This document shows positions 56,655-64,000 of a DNA stretch of 64,000 nt, in pieces. The notes under the pieces were generated by a model. The model saw nothing but the letters and a program-made list of their open reading frames with translations, was not told the origin of the DNA and made no database searches. The translations under genes and the position numbers were made by a program. Where the stretch lies: positions 25,976 through 89,975 of the forward strand of contig JBBAWM010000001.1 in the NCBI GenBank assembly GCA_040397175.1. Reading direction: 5' to 3'. How positions within the stretch are numbered: the stretch's first letter is position 1; each line of letters begins with the position of its first letter. The DNA comes from Candidatus Limnocylindrus sp. Its GTDB lineage: Bacteria > Chloroflexota > Limnocylindria > Limnocylindrales > Limnocylindraceae.

Positions 56655-57550
56655 TCCGACTTTACCGAGTGACCACCGAACTGATTGCGCAGCGCGGCAA
56701 GCACCTTTGCAGAATATGAGTCGTCCTGTCGTGAACGGAATCGCGTCAGGAGCGAGAGGGTGATGAGCGGCGCTGGCACGTCGAGGTCGATCGCCTCCTG
56801 TACCGTCCAGCGGCCCTCGCCGGAATCAGCGACCCAGCCCTTGATCCCCTTCAGATCGCTCCCCTCAGCACGGAAGGCGCGCGCGGCAAGCTCTAGGAGC
56901 CAACTGCGCACGACCGAACCCTGCATCCAGAGATCGCTCACCTTGGCCAGGTCAAGCTCATATCGTGACTTCGCCAGGATCTCGAACCCTTCGGCGTACG
57001 ACTGCATCATTCCGTACTCAATGCCGTTGTGCACCATCTTTACGTAGTGGCCGGCGCCAGAGCCGCCGCAGTGCATGTAGCCATCCTTTGGCGCGAGGGT
57101 GGTGAAGATCGGCTCAAGCGCCTTCACCGGGGCAGCGTCGCCGCCGACCATCATGCAGTAGCCGTTCTCGAGGCCCCAGACGCCGCCAGAGGTGCCGGCG
57201 TCAATGAAGTGAATGCCGTGACCGGCGAGCTTCTCGTGTCGGCGGATGGTGTCGTGGAAGTTGGAGTTACCGCCATCGATGATCGTGTCGCCTTTGGTAA
57301 GGAGCGGAATAAGCTCGTCGATCATTGCCTCGGTGGCATCACCGCTCGGCACCATCACCCAGACGCGCTTTGGGGAGGTCAGGCTGTCGACCAGCTCCTT
57401 CACGGTGTAGGTGGCCTTGGCGCCCTCCTTGGCGACCTCATCGGTCTTCTCGCGGGAGCGGTTCCAGATCGTAACATCGTGACCGTTTCGGACCAGTCGC
57501 TTGACCATATTGGCGCCCATCTTGCCGAGGCCGATAAATCCGATCTGCAT
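56651..57550 (-). CDS. gnd: 6-phosphogluconate dehydrogenase (short, decarboxylating)
   Basis: GLGKMG, DGGN, KMVHNGIEY, DSGEGRW, RNQFGGH; SD before ATG 57550. Confidence 0.94.
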   Translation of the reverse strand: MQIGFIGLGKMGANMVKRLVRNGHDVTIWNRSREKTDEVAKEGAKATYTVKELVDSLTSPKRVWVMVPSGDATEAMIDELIPLLTKGDTIIDGGNSNFHDTIRRHEKLAGHGIHFIDAGTSGGVWGLENGYCMMVGGDAAPVKALEPIFTTLAPKDGYMHCGGSGAGHYVKMVHNGIEYGMMQSYAEGFEILAKSRYELDLAKVSDLWMQGSVVRSWLLELAARAFRAEGSDLKGIKGWVADSGEGRWTVQEAIDLDVPAPLITLSLLTRFRSRQDDSYSAKVLAALRNQFGGHSVKSE

Positions 57551-57589
57551 GATCTCCCCCTTCACTATTGGTGGTTGTACTCCCCGATG

Positions 57590-59368
57590 CTAGCGAACCG
57601 CGAGCACCCGTTCGATGAGCGCCGTGAGGCGCATGAGCCCAGCGTCTGGATCGTCGCCCAGGTGCACCCGCAGCACGGGGAGCCCGTGGTCTGCCAGTGA
57701 GCGCACATCCCCGAGCGCCTGGGCGTCGATGAGTTGGCCAAAGCTGTACGGCCGACCCGGAATCGCGAGATCTCGTGGGTGGCCCGCCACGATCTGCAGG
57801 AACCAGCCGATCGGCGCGCCACCCTTATGGAGCTGCCCGGTGGAGTGCAGGAAGCGCGGCCCAATGCCGACGGTGGTAGCGCGCCCGGTTGCGTCGCGCA
57901 GGGCGAGGCGCAGCTTCGTCAGCGCTGCGGTGCGCTCTGGCGTGCTGGCGATGTAGGCCTGGATGCCGATGTAGCCGCGTGCGCCAAGTCGATCGAGCTG
58001 ACCAGCAATGAGCCGCTCCGCATCGTCGGCAAACGCTGCAGGCAGCGTGTCATCGGCCCAGATCTGCAGGCCATCGACGGTGCACTTAGCTGGCAACTCT
58101 GGGAGCGCACCCTTCGCCGCAAGTTCAGCGAGAACGTTGGCGGTGTTGGTCTTTGATTCGGTGACGTTCGGCTCATCGAATGGATTGATATTCAGGACGG
58201 CGCCAGCGAATGCGGTCGCGGCCTCCCAGCGCACGAACTCACCACCAAGGTCGATACGATCGTTGAGCGTCCACTCCAGCACCGGATGTCCGGTGACAGC
58301 GAGGGCATCAAGGCGTGCGTCAACTGCGGAGCCATCGGCGCAACGCGGCGCGACGCCACCATCAAGCTTGATGCGCACAAAGAGCCGGTCGTCGCCGTAG
58401 GCGGTGACGGCACCGAGTGGCTCGCCGTCGACGGGCACGACACCCACGCCGTGCTTGCCGGTGCTCTCCGCAACGAGCTGCTCCGCCCATGCGCCAAAGC
58501 CATCGATCGGTTCGTCAACGATGAGCGTCATCTTGTCGCGACCCTCGCGGGCGAGTGCACCCATGATGCAGCCGAGTGCAAGGGCGTGATTCCCGGCTGG
58601 CTCTGGATCACGGCTTTGCGCAATCGCAGCGCTTCCCGACGCAAGGAGAGGATCGAGATCGATGCCGAGGAGTGCCGCTGGCACAAGCCCAACGAAGCTC
58701 AGTGCAGAGTATCGACCACCAATGTCGGCGGGATTCAAGAAGAGGCGACTCGTGTCGACCACCTTCGTGACGCCGTCAACGCACGGCGATGGATCACTGA
58801 TCGCAGCGAAGTTTGCGGTTGGCTCCTGCGTGGAGCCGGTTGCAGCGAGCTGCTGCTTGTTGAGCTCATACGCATACGCTGCAAACGAGAGCGTCTCGGT
58901 CGTGGTGCCTGACTTGCTTGCCAGCAGGTAGTAGCTGCTCTCAGGCTTCAGACCGGCAACGGCAGTGTGGACCGCCTCTGGGTCGGTCGAGTCGCAGATG
59001 CGCGCCTTCCCCCAATCGCTGATGTCAGAGAATGCGCGCGCGAGCACCTCGGGGGCGAGTGATGAGCCGCCCATACCTGCAACGACAAAGTCGGTAACGC
59101 GTGACGATGCGCCAGTGACCGGTGCATCACCGAATGCTTCCAGCGATGGAATCTCGGTGGTGAAGAATTCTGGCGCATCGAGCCAGCCGAGACGGTTGGC
59201 GATCTTCTCCTGCACCTCGGCATCGCTGCTCCAGAGCGTTGCATCACGGGCCGCAAGTCGTACCGCCCACTCGCCCGTGCGAGCGCGATCAAACGTGCTC
59301 TCAATGGCTGCAAGATCAGAGGGGCGGCCGATGCGTGCGCGGAATGGGAGTCGCGGTTCGCTGCTCAT
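57590..59368 (-). CDS. pgi: Glucose-6-phosphate isomerase (PGI domain of the TAL-PGI type)
   Basis: GMGGSSL, SKSGTT.ET, GGRYS, EQLVAESTGK, NPFDEPNV, GPRFLHSTGQLHKGG. Confidence 0.9.
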   Translation of the reverse strand: MSSEPRLPFRARIGRPSDLAAIESTFDRARTGEWAVRLAARDATLWSSDAEVQEKIANRLGWLDAPEFFTTEIPSLEAFGDAPVTGASSRVTDFVVAGMGGSSLAPEVLARAFSDISDWGKARICDSTDPEAVHTAVAGLKPESSYYLLASKSGTTTETLSFAAYAYELNKQQLAATGSTQEPTANFAAISDPSPCVDGVTKVVDTSRLFLNPADIGGRYSALSFVGLVPAALLGIDLDPLLASGSAAIAQSRDPEPAGNHALALGCIMGALAREGRDKMTLIVDEPIDGFGAWAEQLVAESTGKHGVGVVPVDGEPLGAVTAYGDDRLFVRIKLDGGVAPRCADGSAVDARLDALAVTGHPVLEWTLNDRIDLGGEFVRWEAATAFAGAVLNINPFDEPNVTESKTNTANVLAELAAKGALPELPAKCTVDGLQIWADDTLPAAFADDAERLIAGQLDRLGARGYIGIQAYIASTPERTAALTKLRLALRDATGRATTVGIGPRFLHSTGQLHKGGAPIGWFLQIVAGHPRDLAIPGRPYSFGQLIDAQALGDVRSLADHGLPVLRVHLGDDPDAGLMRLTALIERVLAVR

Positions 59369-59829
59369 GACTGCTCCTCTTCAATGTCTGCGACCTTGGC
59401 CGTGCGGCGGAGGTATCGCTCTTCGGTGCTCGGTTCAGCGTTGAGGAAGGCGGCGAGCGTTTCGAGCGCCGCCTCAATGGAGACGATGTTGGCGCCAAAG
59501 GCGAGCACATTCATGTCGTCGTGCACCACACCTTGGCGGGCAGATGCGGGATCGTGCGCGATCGAGGCGCGAATGCCGTGGAACTTGTTTGCGGCGATCG
59601 TCACGCCGATCCCCGAGCCACAGATCAGCAGGCCTCGATCGGCCTGCCCAGCGATCATGCGCTCCGCAACGGCACGCGACGAGTCGGGGTAATCGTCGGT
59701 CGGGTCGCTTCCATCGCCACCAAGGTCGGCGACGCTCCAATCAGGGGCGATCTCAGCAATCCGCGCAATGATCGCTGTCTTAAGTACGGCTCCAGCGTGG
59801 TCAGCGGCGATAGCAAGGCGGCGAGCCAC
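59365..59829 (-). CDS. rpiB: Ribose-5-phosphate isomerase B
   Basis: ADHAG, DYPD, CGSGIG, ANK, H.D.NVL; GTG start 59829. Confidence 0.92.
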   Translation of the reverse strand: MARRLAIAADHAGAVLKTAIIARIAEIAPDWSVADLGGDGSDPTDDYPDSSRAVAERMIAGQADRGLLICGSGIGVTIAANKFHGIRASIAHDPASARQGVVHDDMNVLAFGANIVSIEAALETLAAFLNAEPSTEERYLRRTAKVADIEEEQS

Positions 59830-59830
59830 C

Positions 59831-61879
59831 TCAGCGAACCTGGTGCCCGTCGTGCAGGTGCAGCGTTGGAACAACGCCGTGCAAAGTGCCCGCGAGCACG
59901 CCCTTGGCGATCTCAACGATGCGCTCTGGGGTAAAGCCGAACTCCTTGAAGAGTATTGGCGCGGGAGCCGACGCGCCGAAGCGATCCATCGCAATGATGG
60001 CGCCGTCGGTGCCCGACCAGCGATCCCAGCCGAAGCTCACACCCGCCTCAATGGCGACACGAGCGCGCAGTGCGGCTGGAAGGACCGACTCGCGATACGC
60101 CGCGTCCTGCTCACCAAATAGTTCGGGGCAGGGCATTGAAACAACGCGCGTTGGTGTGCCCGCGGCCTCGAGCTGCTCTGCCGCCGCAACGGCGAGGTGC
60201 AACTCTGAGCCTGTCGAAATCAAGAGCATCTTCGCGGTGCCTGTTGCCTCGCGCAACACGTATGCGCCACGTCGCACGCCTGCTGTCGCTCCAGTGATGG
60301 AACCGGCGAGTACTGGCAACTTCTGTCGTGTGAAGGCGAGCACGGTTGGCGCGTGTCGTCGCTCAACGGCGACGCCCCACGCCGCGGCGGCCTCGTTTGG
60401 ATCTCCGGGTCGGAAGAAGCGCACGTTCGGAGTGGCGCGAAGTGCGGCGTAATGCTCGACCGGCTGATGCGTTGGGCCATCTTCGCCGAGACCGATGGAG
60501 TCATGCGTGAAGACGAAGATGCTACCGAGGTTGGCGAGTGCCGCGAGACGGAGCGCGCCGCGCAGATAATCGCTAAAGGTCAAGAAGGTCGCCACGAAGG
60601 GAATCAGACCACCGTGATACGAGATCCCGTTCGCAATCGCAGCCATTGCATGCTCGCGAACGCCGTAGCTAATGTTGCGGCCCGCTTCGGTGGCGGTGAA
60701 CTTGCCGCCGCCATGAATGTCGGTGAGGTTCGACTCAGAAAGGTCGGCGCTGCCGCCAATCAACTCTGGAAGCACCGCGCCAAGCGCGGTGATGCTCGAC
60801 TGGCTGACGTTGCGCGTTGGCGCATCGCCGCCAAGTTCGTACTTCGGCAAGGCGCTCTCCCAGCCGGCAGGCAGCGTTCCCGCCATTCGGCGCTGTAGCT
60901 CGGCGGCCTCTGATGGGAAGGCGGTGGCGTAGGCGAGCAGCTGCTTGGCGTGCGCGGCGACGAGCGTGGCGCCATGGTCGCTGCGCTCCTTATAGAGGGC
61001 GGCAACATCGGCAGGCACTGCAAAGGTTGCCTCTGGGTCAACCCCGTAGGCGGCCTTCGTGAGCTTCACTTCGTCGGGGCCCAGTGGGGCGCCGTGGGAT
61101 TTCTGGCTCCCCGCCTTGTTCGGTGAACCGAAGCCAATGACGGTGCGCACCGCGATCAGGCTCGGTCGCTCATCGGCGATCGCCCAATCAATAGCGCGAT
61201 CAATCGCCTCAATGTCATTGCCATCTTCGACACGCGCGGTGTGCCAGCCATAGGCATCAAAGCGCTTCAGCACATCCTCGGACCAGGCGGTGGAGGTTGG
61301 CCCATCAAGCTGAATCAGGTTGTCATCCCAGAGGTAGATCAACTTGCTGAGCTTGAGGTGCCCCGCGAGCGATGCGGCTTCGGAGGCGATCCCCTCCTGC
61401 AGGTCGCCGTCGGAGACGATGGCGAAGACACGGTGATCGATGACGGTGTGCCCTGGGCGGTTGAACTCTTCGGCGAGGCGGCGCTCTGCGATCGCCATAC
61501 CAACACCGTTGGCGAAGCCTTGCCCGAGTGGGCCGGTGGTGGCCTCAACGCCTGCGGTCAGTCCGAACTCTGGGTGCCCAGGTGTGAGCGAGCCCCATTG
61601 GCGGAACGCCTTGAGGTCGTCAAGGGTGAGGCCGTAGCCGGCGAGGTGAATGAGCGAGTAGAGGAGTGCGCTCGCGTGTCCATTAGAGAGGAGGAAGCGG
61701 TCGCGATTGAACCAGTTCGGCGTGGCGGGCGCGTGCCGGAGGTGTCGCGACCAGATCGTATGGGCCATTGGGGCACAGCCCATTGGAGCGCCGGGGTGTC
61801 CACTGTTGGCCGCCTGCACCGTGTCAATGGCGAGGGTGCGAATCGTGGTGACGGCCGACTGGTCGAGTCGCTGATCCAT
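59831..61879 (-). CDS. tkt: Transketolase
   Basis: SGHPG, NRDRF.LSNGH, GDLQEG-like TPP motif, [16 protein letters not shown]. Confidence 0.96.
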   Translation of the reverse strand: MDQRLDQSAVTTIRTLAIDTVQAANSGHPGAPMGCAPMAHTIWSRHLRHAPATPNWFNRDRFLLSNGHASALLYSLIHLAGYGLTLDDLKAFRQWGSLTPGHPEFGLTAGVEATTGPLGQGFANGVGMAIAERRLAEEFNRPGHTVIDHRVFAIVSDGDLQEGIASEAASLAGHLKLSKLIYLWDDNLIQLDGPTSTAWSEDVLKRFDAYGWHTARVEDGNDIEAIDRAIDWAIADERPSLIAVRTVIGFGSPNKAGSQKSHGAPLGPDEVKLTKAAYGVDPEATFAVPADVAALYKERSDHGATLVAAHAKQLLAYATAFPSEAAELQRRMAGTLPAGWESALPKYELGGDAPTRNVSQSSITALGAVLPELIGGSADLSESNLTDIHGGGKFTATEAGRNISYGVREHAMAAIANGISYHGGLIPFVATFLTFSDYLRGALRLAALANLGSIFVFTHDSIGLGEDGPTHQPVEHYAALRATPNVRFFRPGDPNEAAAAWGVAVERRHAPTVLAFTRQKLPVLAGSITGATAGVRRGAYVLREATGTAKMLLISTGSELHLAVAAAEQLEAAGTPTRVVSMPCPELFGEQDAAYRESVLPAALRARVAIEAGVSFGWDRWSGTDGAIIAMDRFGASAPAPILFKEFGFTPERIVEIAKGVLAGTLHGVVPTLHLHDGHQVR

Positions 61880-62001
61880 GGCTCACTCCATCCATTGTTC
61901 GGCAGGTTGGCCGCGGGCGCGGTGTCATTCGAGTGCGCCCCGGTGCTGCAAGGAGATTGTAGACTCCCTCCAGGTGCGCCGTTGCAAAACCGTGTGGCAA
62001 C

Positions 62002-63063
62002 GTGGCGCCACCCCGCCAAGGAGGAGCTATCTCAGCATCTACCTCGCCTGCCGCCGTTAACGCCACGGGAATCGGCCGCGTCTTTCAGGCGAAGGGCGGC
62101 CCGGTCACCGCGCTCGACGGCATCGACCTGCGCATTGAGCCTGGTGAGCTCTTTGGAGTGCTCGGCCCAAACGGCGCCGGGAAGAGCACGCTGATCAAGA
62201 TCCTGAGCACCCTTCTCCTTCCGAGTACCGGCTCCGCCTCGATTTTTGGCCTCGACGTGGTCACTGAAACGGCACGCGTGCGCCGGATCATGAACCTCGT
62301 TGCCGGCGGTGACTTCTCTGGGTACGGGCTACTGACGGTTCGTGAACAGCTCGCGATGTTCGCCCAGTTCTACGGCCTGCCGTATCGCGAGGGGATGGCG
62401 AAGGTTGATGCACAGCTCGCTTCGTTCGGAATTGACGACATTCGTGATCGCAAGATCTCCGCCCTCTCGACGGGGCAGCGCCAGAAGCTGAACTTTGCGC
62501 GATCGTTCTTGAACGATCCGTGGATCCTCTTCCTCGATGAGCCAACGATCGGTCTCGACGTTTCGGCCGCGCGCGACGTGCGCGATCGCGTGCGAGCATT
62601 CCAAGCGGAGCAGCCTGGTCGAACCGTGCTGCTCACAACGCACTACATGGCAGAGGCGGATGAGATGTGCGATCGCATCGCGATCGTTGATCACGGCCGT
62701 ATCTTAGCGCAGGGAACACCAACGGAGCTCAAGCGCATGGTGCAAAAGGATGCGCTCTTCATTGTTGGCGTGGACGCACTACCGGCGGCGATGTCGTTAG
62801 ATTCGCTGCGCGCACTCCCCGGCGTGCTTTCAGTCGCCGCGCGAGATGCCGATGGCAGCGACACCTCTGGCGTTGGGTCGCCAATGCTTCGACTTGCGAT
62901 CGGTCTTAAGGAAGATGCCGCACTTGGTGGCGTGATTAGTGCGCTCGCCGAGAACGGCGCGCACCTGCAAGAGATTTCAAAGAGCGAGCCAACCCTCGAA
63001 GAGGTCTTTGTCCAACTGGTCGGTCGCGGCATCAGCGAATCCGATGAGTCGTCCAATGGGTAA
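62002..63063 (+). CDS. ABC-2/DrrA-type exporter ATPase
   Basis: GPNGAGKST, LSTGQ, LDEPT, TTHYM.EA, PTLEEVF; start uncertain. Confidence 0.9.
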   Translation: MAPPRQGGAISASTSPAAVNATGIGRVFQAKGGPVTALDGIDLRIEPGELFGVLGPNGAGKSTLIKILSTLLLPSTGSASIFGLDVVTETARVRRIMNLVAGGDFSGYGLLTVREQLAMFAQFYGLPYREGMAKVDAQLASFGIDDIRDRKISALSTGQRQKLNFARSFLNDPWILFLDEPTIGLDVSAARDVRDRVRAFQAEQPGRTVLLTTHYMAEADEMCDRIAIVDHGRILAQGTPTELKRMVQKDALFIVGVDALPAAMSLDSLRALPGVLSVAARDADGSDTSGVGSPMLRLAIGLKEDAALGGVISALAENGAHLQEISKSEPTLEEVFVQLVGRGISESDESSNG

Positions 63064-63946
63064 AGGCGTCGTTGGCGCCGAAGCCACCGCGCTCATCTCA
63101 CGGATTCAAGGGGAGACCACCTGGAGTTTGGGTCGACGCATGCGTCACGCATTCGCTTCGGTTGTAGCGCGCGCGTATCCGCGGGTGATCGGTGCCGCGC
63201 GCGAGCCCTCATGGCTCTTCTTTGACCTTGTCTTTCCAATCCTCGGCATGTGCTCGATTGTCTTTTTGCTTCGCTCGCGTGGCGTCGATGAGGCGTGGAT
63301 CGGCTCCACGATTTTGGCCACCGCGCTCCTCTCGTTCTGGATCTCGGTGGTTTGGATGATGGGGGCGCAGTTCCACTGGGAGCGCGACTCCGGGAACCTC
63401 CTCCTCTACATCACCGCCCCAGTCGGCCTCGGTGCAATTGCACTCGGCATGGCGATCGGCGGTGCCCTCGGTGTGGTCATTCGGGCCGTGATCATCACGC
63501 TCGCGGGCGTGCTGCTCTTCGGGGCGAAGTACCAGGTCGCCGACCCGCTCCTGCTGGCGCTCGTCATCCTGGCGGGGGTGGCGGCGATGTATTCGCTCGG
63601 CGTCTGCCTCTCGTCGGTATTTCTCATTTCGGGTCGCGAGGCGGACCATCTTGGCAGCCTCTTGAACGAGCCAATGCAGCTGCTCGGCGGCGTCTATGCG
63701 CCGGTGCGCTCCATGGGCACGGCAGGGGTGATTGCGCTCGGCATCCTGCCACTCGCACCGGCGATAGATGCGCTACGCCAGGTCGCGGTGCCACAACTTT
63801 CTGCGACAGGTTTCTTACCTGTTGGCGTTGAACTGCTGATTCTGTTGGTAATGACCATTGTGTTCGGCGTGATCGGACGCGTACTGCTCGCCCACATTGA
63901 ACGGGTCGGACGTGCCAGTGGGAAGTTGTTGGCGCGTGCCGATTAG
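63044..63946 (+). CDS. ABC-2 type exporter permease
   Basis: 6 TM helices, WERDSG.L, GG.YAPV; overlaps the ATPase stop (alternative start 63056). Confidence 0.85.
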   Translation: MSRPMGKGVVGAEATALISRIQGETTWSLGRRMRHAFASVVARAYPRVIGAAREPSWLFFDLVFPILGMCSIVFLLRSRGVDEAWIGSTILATALLSFWISVVWMMGAQFHWERDSGNLLLYITAPVGLGAIALGMAIGGALGVVIRAVIITLAGVLLFGAKYQVADPLLLALVILAGVAAMYSLGVCLSSVFLISGREADHLGSLLNEPMQLLGGVYAPVRSMGTAGVIALGILPLAPAIDALRQVAVPQLSATGFLPVGVELLILLVMTIVFGVIGRVLLAHIERVGRASGKLLARAD

Positions 63947-64000
63947 TGCAGGCTCTGCACCAGAGGTGCGACCGTTCGGCCCGCTGCGTGGCGGCGCTGC

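Noticed and set aside
63936-64000. Possible start of a second ABC-2 permease
   Set aside because: Only about 21 codons visible; cannot be supported

Overview
GC-rich, densely packed bacterial chromosome segment with many overlapping stop/start junctions. I see no rRNA, tRNA, CRISPR array, transposase or phage gene. The gene content (lipoprotein binding proteins, an F420-dependent reductase, an archaeal/actinobacterial-type ATP-dependent ligase, opcA, two photolyases, frequent leaderless starts) suggests a streamlined monoderm from sunlit water, possibly Chloroflexota (Limnocylindria-like). That placement is inference only. Housekeeping blocks: nucleoside salvage (udp, nucleoside hydrolase, cdd, tdk), icd, citrate synthase, thiolase, IscA, livKHMGF, pstSCAB, tkt-rpiB-pgi-gnd-zwf-opcA-pgl, DNA repair (CPD photolyase, FeS (6-4) photolyase, YcaQ, ligase) and several EamA transporters. 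Most notable observations: (1) a three-gene SipW/TasA-like fibre locus in which the signal peptidase appears fused to a second TasA-like domain behind a SipW-type cleavage site, followed by a LamG-like putative adhesin; (2) a LivG ATPase with a two-helix hydrophobic insert inside its nucleotide-binding domain; (3) three tandem phosphotriesterase paralogues with a chimeric middle copy; (4) an enlarged, Cys-containing, non-lipoprotein PstS; (5) pervasive leaderless promoters, several small ORFs missing from the ORF track, and structured leaders.
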